Assembly: GCF_004010195.1 (NCBI RefSeq)
Contig: NC_057749.1
Span: 7,151,416-7,215,415, forward strand
Direction: 5' to 3'
From: Chiloscyllium plagiosum
Taxonomy: Eukaryota
Length of the DNA: 64,000 bases
The position numbers were made by a program, and so were the translations under genes. How positions within the stretch are numbered: the first letter of the stretch is position 1; each line of letters starts with the position of its first letter. Under the pieces are notes generated by a model. The model did not search any database and had not been told where the DNA came from. It worked only from the letters and a program-made list of their open reading frames with translations. Positions 50,535 through 62,928 of this stretch are shown here, piece by piece.

Positions 50535-51630
50535 CTGAGGGGTGACCTTGTGGATATTTATACAATCATGAGAGGAACTGATAAGGTGAATGGCGCAGGA
50601 CCTTTTCCCAGGGTGGGGGGACCAAAACTAGATGGCATAGGTTTAAATTGAGAGGGGAAAGATTTAAAAGGGATCTAAGGTGCAACATTTTCATGCAGAG
50701 GATGATGTATCTCTGGAACAAGCTCACAGGAGAAGAGGTGGGGGCTGGTATGAGATGACACTGTCATTTTAAAAATGTTAGTTTGTTCTTTTTTATAAGA
50801 GAGGTTAAAAGGCCAAGGAGTCTAAGTTTAAGAGGCCTTTGGGTTTTTTAAAAGCAATTTAACAATGGAAGGGGAGTGGAAAGTTCAGGCTTGCTAGTTT
50901 TTTTGTAGTTGTAGCAGTCACAAGATGTGAGAGTTCAGAAGAGAAGCTTCAGTAAAGGATTCTTCAGAATTTCTCTGAAATCTCTCTCTGGATGATGTTC
51001 CCTCCCACCTGTAAGAATCTGTGTTTGAATTTATCTTTTTGCCAAGTGGTGTGTTTATGGGATGTCAGTCTTGGAACACTTAATGAGTAATAGTTACTGT
51101 TAAGTTTTCCAATGGTTAAGTTATTCTAAATTTTCGCTTTCTTTTGTTTGTGTTCCGACTGTCGTGTTTAAATAAATTCTGTTTTGCTTAAAGCCGAGTG
51201 GTTTGACCAGTTGCATCACACTAGGAACAGTCCCAAAGGACAAAGCTGGGGATTCTCCTTTGTTCAGCTTGTGTACCCAAATAAACGTCCTGAACTCTAC
51301 CGTATTAATATTCTGGAGAAATGATCAGGTGACTGCAAGTCTCAGCATTCACTCAGTAGTGGCACTCTCCCACATCTCCCCTTAAAATAAGAAGCGTTAG
51401 GGTCTAGGCTACCTTCTTAATATATTTTATGGTGGAGGGTGGGGCGTTTGGCCTAGTCCATAACAGGTGCAATTACGACATTTGAAAGGCATTTGGAAAG
51501 GTAAACAGATAGGAAAAGTTTTGAGGAATATGGCCCAAATGCAGGCAAATGGGACGAGTTCAGTTTAGAAACCTGTCTGGCATGGATGAGTTGGGCCGAA
51601 GGGCCTGTTTCTGTGCTGTAAGTCTCGATG
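50535..51630 (+). mobile_element. HER1/CR1 3' end split by a solo LTR
   Basis: gggctggta|ggtgcaattacgacatt rejoins to the CR1 motif. Confidence 0.85.
50751..51465 (+). mobile_element. Solo LTR, 715 bp (probably Gypsy-type)
   Basis: TG...CA termini, 4 bp TSD ggta/ggtg, AATAAA at 51171; same family as 6606-7218. Confidence 0.8.
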
Positions 51631-52159
51631 AATTGACAACTCTGTTTCTCTCTCTTCACAGATGTTGCCAGACCTGTCGCGTTTCTCCAGCAGTCTTAGT
51701 TAAAATCAACTTGTTTGACCGCATTACAACCCCACATTCTGTAACCAGATGGTCCTGATGTAGGACCTAGACTTTTATCTTGATTCAATAAGATCTGTTG
51801 GTGAGAGAGCCACCTACCGAGTGAATGCTTACACTTGCAGTCACCTTCAACCTGATCATTTCTCTGGAATATTAATACCGTCTAGTTCCAAACATTCATT
51901 TGGATGCACAAACTGAACAAAGGAGAGTCCTCCACTTTGTCCTTCGGGGATGTGTACACTGATAAAGATGTAGAATTGGACCCTCCCTATCTGGGACTAT
52001 TGCCAGGTCTGATATTAAAATTGCAACAACCTTCATGGATTCAAAAAAAAAAGTGTTAATCAACACATATTTTATTGCGGGGAAGGAAGAAATGTTATGA
52101 AAGCATTTCATCATATTATCATTTAATACCCACAACCTTCCATTTACAGCCACACTGTA

Positions 52160-52492
52160 GGAGGCAGTGGTGTGGTGGGAACGTCTTTGATCTGGCTCAT
52201 CCAGAACCCCAACTTAAGGGGTATGGGTTCAAATCCGAACATGGAAGATGGAGAAACTTGAATTCAGTAGTTTCAAGAAGCTGGAATAAAGACCTAGCCT
52301 CAAGGCATGTTACCATAAACCCATCTGGCTCACCAAGTCCTTATTGGAAGAAATCATCTGTCTGTCCATACCTGGCCTGGCTACAAATCCACAGCAATGT
52401 CATTGACTCTTAACTACCCTCCATCATTTAAGGATGGACAATAAATGCTAGCCTAGCTAATGATGCTCACATCGCATAAACTAGAAAAAAAA
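52160..52492 (+). mobile_element. tRNA-derived SINE, family B
   Basis: gggttcaaatcc B-box, core, ggatggacaataaatgct tail. Confidence 0.7.
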
Positions 52493-52834
52493 ATCCAATA
52501 TTTAAAACAAAAATAGAAATTGCTGGAGAAACCCAGCAGGCCTGGTCGCATCTGTGGAGAGAAAGCAGAGCTAACATTTTGAGTCTTGTGACACTTCTTT
52601 ATTTTATTTTTCTATCCAATTGTTACTCCCTTACAATGTTACCCAAACAAGGTCATTATCACATTGTTGTTTTGCAAGCTTGCAGTAGGTATATTGTCTT
52701 CCATGTATCTTCTATGACCACAGTGGAGTCAACTACTAAAGTATTTCTTTAGCTGAGAAGTTCATTGAGATATCTGGAAGTTGATCAGGTTAAGATTTTC
52801 TTGTTCTCATCTTTTAACTATTTTTGAGTATATC

Positions 52835-53110
52835 AGGTTGTCGGCTTGCTCGCTGAGCAGGTGGGTGTGTTCTCAGACATTGCATCACCCATGTCAGGTA
52901 ACATCATCAGTGAGCCTCCAGTGAAGCATTGGTGCTCTGTCCCACTTGCTATTTATGTGTCTTGCTTTGTTCTGGTGGGTGATATCATTTCTAGTTCTGG
53001 TTCTGAGAGGTTGGTAAATGGTCTAAATCTATATATTTGTTAATGGAGTTCCAGTTTGAATGCCAGGCCTCTAGGAATTCCCGTGTGTGTCTTTGGTCTG
53101 TCCCAGTTGA
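52835..53110 (-). mobile_element. Poseidon-type PLE 3' end
   Basis: Minus-strand REFLEAWHSNWNSINKYIDLD; degraded hammerhead CUCA-CUGAUGA-U-GUUACC..GGUGAU-GCAA-UGUC-UGAG. Confidence 0.78.
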
Positions 53111-53993
53111 ACTGGTGTCCCTCTTCATCTGTGTGCATCATTTGCTAGTCCTTTAATCCGTCCTCTTTCAGCAGTTGGTGTAGAGTCCTAACTTTCTCTT
53201 CACCCACTCTGCATTTTTCCAAAATTTGATGAAATGCCTAATATCCAGCCTTCAGTTCCAGCAGCTTTTTCCCTGCTGTTTTTAGACTTCTGAATGGACC
53301 TCTCAAATTTTATATTTAATGTTGATCCTGCTCTTTGTGCACTTTCTCTGCAGCCATCCATTATATTCCTCACTCTATTCCATGATCCTAATGCACAATC
53401 AAAACAAAACTTTTCACTCTACCTTGGTACGGGGCAGTAATAAATCAAATCAAATCACATCAAAAGAAGGCTCAACCCACAGCATCATGAGGAAGTTCTG
53501 AGGAAGGGTCACTGGATCTGAAATGTTAACTCTGATTTCTCTACACAGATGCTGTCAGACCTGCTGAGATTTTCCAACAACTTTTTATTTTGCATTATGA
53601 TGCATCATCACCCTTTACAATGCTGCCTGAACTATTGCTTAGCTCCAGCCCGTGCTGACAGTCAAATGGAAAAAAAAAGTTTTCTGCTTCTTTCTTCTTC
53701 TCAATTCGACAGAATTTCATTAGGAAAAAAAATAAAATTGGTCTTTGCAATGTTGGAAAGGGAGCTTAATCTTTTGCATTCAATTAACCGAATCATCTCT
53801 CTAGATTAAATTTGTTTTCGATGTTTCTCACTCTTCAATGGAAGATACTATTCATCTTGCTTTATGGTGTCATCTCCCTCAAATTTGTCAATTATTAAAC
53901 CACCTATCACATCGCTACACCTGCACATTTCTGCCACCAGTTGGACTTTCTTATGTTGCAGCAAGGGCTGAGTGGCCTTCTGTTATTCCCCAC

Positions 53994-54183
53994 AAACAAA
54001 AACAGAAATAGCTGCAAAATCTCAGCAGGCCTGGCAACATCTGTGCAGAGAGAAAGCAGAGTTAACGTTTTGGGGTCCCGTGTTCTGAAGAAGGGTCACT
54101 GGACCTGAAACATTAACTCTTGTTCTGTCTCCACAGATGCTGCCAGACCTGATGAGGTTTTCCAACAGTTTCTGTTTTCGTTT
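53994..54183. mobile_element. Fold-back PLE terminal repeat, family C (further single arms at ~25745, 31040, 46880, 51635, 52505, 53495)
   Basis: Inverted arms; core gttctgaagaagggtcactggacctgaaacattaac. Confidence 0.8.
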
Positions 54184-54284
54184 ACTCATTCTCTTTGTGT
54201 GTGTGTTTTGTGTTTGTACATATAGCTCAACAACTACAATCTCACTGATGTGGGAAATATACTTTTCCCTTAAGTTTCATAAGT

Positions 54285-54612
54285 AAGAAAGATTTGCATT
54301 TATTGACTGTCCCTCATGATCTCTAGCCATCCCAACATCCCAATTAAATTATTTGGTTGTAATGTATGAAAGCCAAAAAGTCATGCTGCAAACTCCCATA
54401 AATAGAAGTACAATAATGACCAGATCATCTGTTCCATCAATGTGGGAGAGAAATATTGCAGATCTCCTTTGATCTTCAAAATAATGCCTTGGGATCTTTC
54501 ACAACTGCCTAAGAGGGCAGCTACTTGAGTCTTTGGCTTAATGTCTTACCCCAAAGGCAGCACATCTGGCAATGTTGCACTCCCTCAGAGCAAACTCTGA
54601 GTGCAAACCTAC
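54285..54612 (-). mobile_element. DeuSINE (SacSINE1/AmnSINE1-like)
   Basis: ttgcatttat...aatgaccagatcatctg...gccttgggatcttt...ttaatgtc...gcactccctcag. Confidence 0.7.
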
Positions 54613-54674
54613 AGGAAAAGACCTTTAAAATTGACAGGCATTGGCCTAACTTGTCTTGTTCACTTCAAATGGAG

Positions 54675-55020
54675 CTCTCCATTGGGGAGACACGAAACCA
54701 ACTTGCAGAACGTTTCAGAGAACATCTCTGGGACACATGCACTAAACAACCCCACCACACCGTGGCTGAACACTTTAACTGCCCCTCTCACTCCGCCAAG
54801 GACATGCATGCCCTGGGCCTCCTCCACCATCAAACCCTAACCACCCGACGCCTGGAGGAAGAACACCTCATCTTCCACCTTGGGACCCTCCAACCACACT
54901 GGATCAATGTGGGTTTCACCAGTTTCCCCATTTCCCCTTCCCCCACCTTATCCCAGATCTAACTTGCCCGAAACGTTGATTTCGCTGCTCCTCAGATTTC
55001 CAGCACCTTTGGTTTTTTTT
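54675..55020 (+). mobile_element. Neptune-type PLE GIY-YIG fragment with a collapsed terminal repeat
   Basis: IGETRNQLAERFREHL..VAEHFN..RRLEEEHLIFHLGTLQP. Confidence 0.88.
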
Positions 55021-56724
55021 TTCTGTCCCTATGTGAAGGTTTCTAGTTTCCTTTCAAGGATGAGGCTGCAACATTCCCAAGATGTTTCCCACCCTGCAAT
55101 AGTTGAGGAGTGGCAACCATCTTAACCCTCTGCCTCATAGCTTGAGGCCATAAAGCTCTGACTCAAAAGGCACGGCTGTGACCTGAAAGACGCCAAAAGC
55201 TGACACATAGTTTTAATGATAAGCACGCGTCCAAGGGATAACTTACATCCCTTTGATAAGGTGAATCACACATCATTTAAAAGAGGAATAATATTCATTA
55301 CCAAGCAGAAAAGGGAATTCTCGAACACTCGTACCTCACTGTTGTTGCTAACCAGTCGGACAAGCAACGCCTTATTCAAATACAAATAGCTTCGCCTGTG
55401 GATGAATGCCAGATAATAATTTGCCAAACGTTTGTTTCGTTAAAGCTCGGGCCTTTTTAAGCAAACAAGACTCATCAAGCTACATGGGGTGGGGTTCATA
55501 AAGTATCATTTCTAATCATTTTGGTTTAAAGCCAGAATTATGCCTGGATTCCAGGAGATGACGAGAATTCAGTCGTTACGAGTACAAAGGTTTTATTTCC
55601 TTTGCAGGATGGAGACACCGACTTGTTTAGATGTTCCCCACCCTCCAATTGTTCAAGAGAAATTAACGATTTGAGGATCCAAAAAAAAAAAGCTCATAAC
55701 TTGGTTTCCCTTTTAGTCCGCCGTTTTATAGCAGAACTCAATTAAGTGAAAATGACTTGTTTACAACAAGATGCGGAGACAGGTGACATATGCATAAACA
55801 TTGAAATAATAGAGGCCATCAACATAATCTGACGTTGTAACATGCAATTAACATTTGAGATATTACTAGGGAAACTATTCAATTCGGGGGAATGTATCAA
55901 GGTGGGACAATATTCACAATGGAGTTATTCACATCACGCTCTCTGACAACTTCTTAATCCGGGAAGTGAAACATTTATTTATTGAAGGGGTTGCGCTGTA
56001 TTTTCAATTGTAACAATTTTTAAAAATGACCTTTAAGTTGTACGTTCATACTACGTGGACTATCAATTGGATTGGCAATTTTCTGAGCTCGTCCCCTTCT
56101 CGATTTTGTTCTGGCACAGACAGGAAGTAAGAAAACAGTCACTGCGAAAGAGCTAAAAACCGTGAAATTCAATCACGGCCTGCTTCATCCCTTGTCGACT
56201 TGTTCAGGGCTTGAACATGAAGAAAATGCCCAAGACTTACTTTCACATCCTTGGTTATTAAACGGGGTCAGGTGAGGGTGATAAATGGTTTCTTTGATCA
56301 GAGAGAATGAGTTATACATCATAATAAATTCAGCACAGCCGCTGACACTGAAAGAAGAGACAGTGTCTAGCTTTGGCCTGGTTGGCTTTCCAAATGACCC
56401 TTCATCTCACTTCCTTCCTTATTTGTGGTGCAAAAGCCCCAGCAACCCCAGCTTGCTTATTTCACGACAAAAGAGAATGGGATTAGTCTTACTAACTCTT
56501 CCGACAGAGTGAGAGAGAGAGACAGTACCCCTTTTCATCTTGAAGATGGCGTTGCCTCGTACATTCTTTTCAGATTTTGATGAAATCTGGATATTCAGTC
56601 AAGACTTGCAAATATACACAATGGAGCATCTTTCCCACTCAAATTGTTGGCTATATGGTTCAAACGCAGGGAAATTGCTGTTATGGTGAGACCCCACGCA
56701 TAGCTGATTCCACTAACAGATTGA

Positions 56725-57005
56725 TGTCTAATGATCATAGGACCAGCAAAACAGAGGATAGCCAGCGAGTTTTTAGAAGCATGGGACACATCCACAGACT
56801 CGACCAACAAACACATCGACCTGGACCCAATATACCGGCCACTACAACAAACAACTGGAAGCAGCAACCGGAACCAAATGAATTCCAGAAGACACAGTAC
56901 AGCAGCGCTTCACAGGAGGCTCCAAAGCCCTGAAGATGTCACCCAGACAGGGGGAAGGTCTGCAAATCAACCTCCCAGCTCGGGGAACGCACCCACGACT
57001 ACAGC
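56725..57005 (+). mobile_element. Poseidon-type PLE 3' end
   Basis: EFLEAW..STNKHIDLDPIYRPL; degraded ctgaagatgtcacc core near 56930. Confidence 0.82.
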
Positions 57006-58207
57006 AATTTGATGCAATTGTTACATTTTGGCAGCAAACCTTCCTTCATTGTGCTTTGGTTACACTTCCTACTCTGCAGTGGCTTGGAAATGTCTGGTAA
57101 CACAGTAAAATTGGACGCCAAGGTACTTTGTTTTGAGTTTTTAGCAGATTGTGATTAGAACATTTGAAGCCTAGAGATTCACTACACGGCACTCAGTAAT
57201 TACATTTCACTTGCAGAACAGCCTTGGTGAGATTGACATTACACCTGTCCCTACAACCACTTTGTCACAAAATTGCACAGACATTTGGTTGTTTGGGAGA
57301 GCTCAAAAGTGTTACCAAAATCAATGCCAGAGCTCGTCCTCTGTTCCCTCTCTCAGCATCACCCGAAATTTATGTTAGCTGGTTCGGCCCATGTGCGCTG
57401 CTCCTCTCCCCTTACAGCCTCAACTCACGGCATCCTCACTCTTCCCTGTTCATAAGGCCATACGAAATGGGAACAGTGGTAGGCCATTCGGCCCATCGCT
57501 CCTGCTGTGCCATTCCATAGGATCATGGCAGGATTTGGATTCAACGACACTTAAGCAACGGTGACATATCTATGGTCAAGAGAAGCTTGATTCGTGAGAG
57601 TCTTACCAACTGGGTTAAGCATCTTGAATAAAGTACAGGTGTGAAGGAGAACATTTAACCAGTGGTTCTTTGATGGGAGTGGATGGGAGGAAGTTATCCG
57701 AATCTATGCGGAGAACTCATTTCCTACCTGGTGCATCTGGCATTTCTGAGATCAAGGACACAAAGGGGCAAGAGATCACTGCAGGAAAGAAACATCTCCC
57801 AAGCACATGGTATTTTACACTTCTGCTATAATCCAAATGCATAATTTAAGATATAAAAACCTACAACACACGAGAATCGGGAGAAGACAGCACAATTTAG
57901 GAAAGGCTCTGTAAAATGACACGTTCACTCCCCTTTCCTATCATCAAACTTGTATTATGACATTGCTAGTCATATTTCAGACAGTTCACAGTGATGACCC
58001 AGAAATGAACCATCTTACTTTGTAGTTGGCAAACAATTTCTTTTTGAGGCACCACGTAATTAGCATAATGAGCACATCACATTAATTTATAATACTGTGG
58101 TGATTAAGATCCATGTCTGCTCTCCCTCAAATACAGGCAGCTCCATTACTCAGTGCTTTAAATTGACTACATGTCATGTAGCTTTTTGATAGCCCAGTTC
58201 TTCACAA

Positions 58208-58460
58208 GGCTGACACTTCTGGTTTAGTACTGACTGAGTGCTGCACTATTTAGAGTTGCTACATTTCAAGTCAGACATTAAACTCCATTTTTCCCTCTCA
58301 GGGTGCATATAAAAGTCCAGAGAGTAGAATTCTCCCTGGTGTCTGGGCCAACACCGATCCATCTATCGACATCACAGAAAGAGATTATCTAGTCATTAAA
58401 ATATTTCAGTCTATGGGTGTTGGCTGGTAGCAAATTCCTGTCATGATTCCCACAGTGTAG
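58208..58460 (+). mobile_element. DeuSINE remnant
   Basis: gctgacact...gagtgctgcact...gacattaaac...ctggtgtctgggccaa...agattatctagtcatt. Confidence 0.65.
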
Positions 58461-58467
58461 CCATGAT

Positions 58468-58795
58468 TGGGATGGCATGGTGGCTAAGTGGTTAGCACTA
58501 CTGCCTCACATCGCCAGAGACCTGGGTTCAATTCCACCCTTAGGCGAGTGTCTGTGTAGAGTTTGCTCATTCTCCCCGTGTCTGTGTGGGTTTTCTCCAG
58601 TTTCCTCCCACAGTCCAAAAACGTGCAGGTTAGGTGAATTGGCCATGTTAAATTGCCCAGTGTTCAGGGTTGTGTGCATTAGTCAGGGATTAAATTTAGG
58701 GGAATGGGTCTGGGTGAGTTACTCGTCAGAGTGTCACAGTGGACTTGTTGGATTGAAGGGCCTGTTTCCACACTGTAGGGAATCTATGATTCTAC
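58468..58795 (+). mobile_element. HE1-type V-SINE
   Basis: Head, V-domain and tail. Confidence 0.9.
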
Positions 58796-58969
58796 TTCAA
58801 AAGATAATTCTTGAACTGCAACGAGCCTTGGAAAATCCTGAGGTTGCGAATGGAGAATCGATGAACGTTACACAGAAAAATCCTCCTTTGTACTGTGCTC
58901 TTCCCAACTGTTCAGCACCCCAATGTACATTGTAATTAATGAAATACTTTTGAACTGCAGTCATTGAAA

Positions 58970-59240
58970 CATTGAAAGTAGGAGCAGGAATAGACTTTCC
59001 AGTCTATCAAGCTTGCTCTGCTATTCCTTTTGGTCCAAAGCATCCTGGTCCTGTTAGCCCTAATAATTATATCTAACTTCTTGAAAACATTCAATGTTTT
59101 GACCTCAGTGCTTTCTGCTAAAGGGATTTCTACAGGATCCCCACTCTCTGTGGGAAAACATTTCTCCTCATCTCAATCTTAGATTACCCTTGTATCCTTA
59201 GACTGTAACCCCTGGTTCTGGACTCCCCAGTCATTAGGAA
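58970..59240 (-). mobile_element. CR1 LINE 3' fragment
   Basis: gtaggagcaggaatag...tttctcctcatctc...cccctggttctggactcccc. Confidence 0.7.
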
Positions 59241-59439
59241 CATCCAGTGTAGTCAGTGTTGTAGTGAAGGTAAGCCAGCAGTACATTTGGTAGTAATGAC
59301 TATCATAAAGAAATGAAACCTGGATCCAGCAGAGGTGTTGACTCAACATTTGGGTTGCTAGACAGTCAACGACAACCACAACTGAAAACAAATGAGTGAG
59401 GTCGCGATATAAACTGACATCTAAGGAAAAGATTCAAAA

Positions 59440-59960
59440 TGGAGCTCGGAGTTCATGAGTTGAAGCTGTTGAACTGAATATTGAGTCCTTAAAGGTATAA
59501 AATGCTTAGTTGCAAGATGAGATGCTGTCCCTTAAGGTTTTATTGCACTTCACTGGAACTCTGCAGCAGGAAAAGACATTATATTTTAACACAAAAGGAA
59601 GATGGTGAATTAAAATGGCAAAAGACTGAAGAGTTGGTATCATTCTTGCAGATAAAGAGGAGGCGTTCTGCAGTCACCCAGTTGATGTCCCCAGTGAAAA
59701 GTAGAACACATTGTGAATACAGCAAGACAAGATTGAAAGTACAAGTACTTGTTTCACTTTGAAGGAATGTTTGGGGTCTTGGTTTAGGAGGTGGTACTCT
59801 ACCTGCATCTGCATGGAAAGATGCCATGGAGTAGAGAGTAGTTGTGGTTGGCTGACTAGCAACTCAAGTGTTGTGGAGGGCATGGCTCCTTTTGAATCCC
59901 GACAGGCAGCAGGGTGAAGATGCGTTTGGCAGTGTCTGAAGGCAACAGAATTGGCAGAGA
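59440..59960 (-). mobile_element. Old Neptune-type PLE fragment
   Basis: Reverse ...ggactcaatattcagttcaacagcttc resembles 40010-40040; YIGET-like remnant near 59680. Confidence 0.6.
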
Positions 59961-59964
59961 ATGA

Positions 59965-60432
59965 TTAAGCTGGAGAGGGTTCAGAAGAGATTCACCAGGA
60001 TGGTGAATATGGAAAACTTTGAGTTATAAAGAAAGGCTGGGTAGGCTAGGGCTTTTTGCGCTGGAACATAGGACGTTGAGAAGTGACCTTAAAGAAGCTT
60101 ATAAAGTAATGAAGGATAGAGGTAGAGTTAATGGTAGCTGTCCTTTCCCTATGATGCAGAATATCAAGACTAGAGGGCGGAGAGAAGAGAGACTGAGGGG
60201 CATTTTTTTTACACAGAGGGTGGTTTGCATATGGAAAGAACTTCCTGAGGAAGTGGTGAATGTGGGCATGATTACAATGTTTAAAAGACATTTGGATAAG
60301 TATATGAATAGGAAAGGGTTGGAGGGATATGGGCCAGGAGCAGGCAGCTGGGACTAGTTTAGTTTGGGATTATGTTCGGCATGGACTGGTTGGACCGAAG
60401 GGTCTGTTTCCGTGCTGTATGACTCTATGACT
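59965..60432 (+). mobile_element. HER1/CR1 LINE 3' end
   Basis: SYKERLGRLGLFALE..FFTQRVVCIWKELP; tgtatgactctatgac tail. Confidence 0.9.
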
Positions 60433-60729
60433 TGATGATTACAGAGACTGGTGGTATGGAAGGTATGGATAAAGGGAATTCTATTGTGGTTACTTGAGAA
60501 AGAAGGAGGGAAGAACACAAAAATATTGGAAATGTAACAGACACAGTCAAGAGCCCTATTAATCATTGTGGTTGAGGAATAAAAGAAGTCACCTCAGGAA
60601 CACTACTGTGGAAAGTCACACCATCACAAGAGATACTTGAGAGACAAAATAACTGTGAATATGGAAGGGAGTCCTTATAGGGTCAAAGGTATGAGAAACC
60701 ACTGTCAAGATAGCTGTAGGAGACAGTGT

Positions 60730-61140
60730 TCTACCGATGTGAATGTCACTGGCAAGGTCATCATCTTAATTCCCTTTGAAAAGGTGGTGATGAATCACCC
60801 TGATGAACCATGTGGTCTACATATTTCGAGAAAGAAAGCAGGCTAACACAGCCGAGGGGCTTTTTCAGCTGTTTTGGAAGCAGTTAAGGGTCAATCCTGT
60901 TTCTATGGATCTGGAACCATATGTAGACCAGACTGGGTAAGGACAGTACATTTACTTCCCTGAAGATCATCAGTGAACCAGATGGATTTTTATGGCAATA
61001 CTATAGTCTCACAGTCAAATGAAACTAATACTTTATTTGAAATTTATTAAGTAAACCTAAAACCATCAGTCTACCTGGTGAGATTTAATTTCCTTGTCTC
61101 GAATGCAATGTTGCAATCCTCTGAGATTACGAGGCCAGTA
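60730..61140 (-). mobile_element. tRNA-derived SINE, family B (diverged)
   Basis: atgtagaccagactgggtaaggac...cttccctgaag..agtgaaccagatgg. Confidence 0.6.
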
Positions 61141-61892
61141 TTTTTAAGTGGCTATTGAACTTTTAGAAGTTAAATGTGGAGATTTGAAAGTACAATTAAT
61201 CCCATAACTTTTCCTTTCCTCGTTGCCTTAATTCCATTTTGTGCTCAGTCCAACCTTCTCACCAACTCAGAAACCTCCTGGGCAATGCCCACAATAGGAA
61301 CCCCATTCACTAACCAGGTCACTAGGGAGTGACATTGATGCATTTTAATGCAGGGCTTCAGAAAGTTATCAATCTTTAGGAGATTAAAAACACCTTTAGT
61401 GGAAAAAAAACTGCTGCACTGGTCTCATTTGAATGCCAGTAATTATTCCATCTCGTTGTAGCAATCAACTCAATCATCGTGTTGCTTCCAGTATCAATAC
61501 ACAGAGATTACTACTTATTTGATTTTGTGCTGATGAAATTGACCTGAAATTAACAAGTAGATCATCAGCAAATTGGATACTGTAACTTTAATTGGGTTTC
61601 GCTGAGCCACAGCACTTCTGGCCCCTGCAGTGCATCATTTCCGAACAGTGACAAAAGTTACAGAGCTTCTGCAAGGAACACTGGCAGCTACAGAACTCGC
61701 AGAATATTTTGTTTAGTTTCTTTATGAGCATCATTGTTAAAATAAGATCTGAGGGAAGTTATTAGAAGTAGATGCTTTTGGTAATGAAGAAAAATTAGAT
61801 CCACTGGCTAGTGTGTCATGAGCTACAAGAAATAAAGTTGCGATCATTGCTTGTTAACACAGAGCTTGTGTACTGCTGAAAAGAGAGATGCA

Positions 61893-62200
61893 CTATCAAA
61901 GGTTTTCATCCTGCACTCATCAGGACAGGTGCAAGAATGCCAAATTTCAAAGGAAGCAACAACATATGCTTCCTGAGAACAGGCTGCTGATTGGTTGGCA
62001 AGTCAACATTGTTTGTTTGAGATTTTGCCATGGAGGATGTACCAGGAACTCTTATTCCAAATTATAATTAAAAAAAAAAGCACAATGGTAGGACTTGTTC
62101 TTTGTGCTTGCAGAGGATAGGTCACTGTGCAGTATAAGCTATTGTTCCCTTTGAAATTTGGCACTCTTGCATCTGTCCTGATGAGTACAAAATGAAAAAT
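61893..62200. mobile_element. Inverted-repeat element with outward-facing hammerhead-like cores (family E)
   Basis: Arms ~61903-61966 and ~62132-62198, each with tttgaaatttggca.tcttgca.ctgtcctgatgagt.ca..atgaaaa. Confidence 0.65.
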
Positions 62201-62928
62201 TAAGATCATAACGAAAAGAATAAAGGATATATATTATATACATATATTACACATATACAGCACACCTGAGCATTACATCTCTGTAAAGTAGTATGTTCAT
62301 AATACATACATGATGTTGTGTTCAAAGTATATAAGCATTATAGAGTGATTATTAACGTGGGAAAAGGTGGTGGGGAATTTGGTTTGAGTGAAAAGAAAAA
62401 CATGCTCTCTGAAGCTTGATACTTCTGCCAATTTTAATAAAACATTTTTCTTCCGTTTCTTGGCAGTAGTCAACCGCAGTTGATCGAGAAGTTGATTGAC
62501 TTCTCAGGACTTCAGTACCAGGCTGGGATTGTGAAGCAGAAAAGACTGAGGAAGGCAATAAAGACTGGAGTAGAGATCAATAGGGAATTGGAGCCAGGAA
62601 ACACTGGTGAAACCAAGGTCAGAGTAGATCAGAAGTCTGGAGGTCAGGGGATTGATACATGAATCAGAGGAGGTAGATGAAGCAGGTATGCTTGGCTCTG
62701 ATTGGCTAAACCATTTACCTCCTGGATCTTTGCCTCCCTTTAACTGGTGAGATTCCTGATGCTTGGAAAACTGAGTTGACCGAGTTTAAATTTAAAATGG
62801 TCATGAGGTATGAGCCATGCAGTCTCAGTACAATATTGAAACTGATAACCCACTTCCTGGGAGCACGTTAGTTTCCTGTTCCCAGTTAAACTCAGAAGTG
62901 ATTACGTTTAGATTTTATTGTCGCATGT

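Noticed and set aside
2085..58935. Recurring short ORFs such as HLTCTSLDCGRKPEHPEETHADTGRMCKLHT
   Set aside because: Translations of the HE1 V-domain, not genes.
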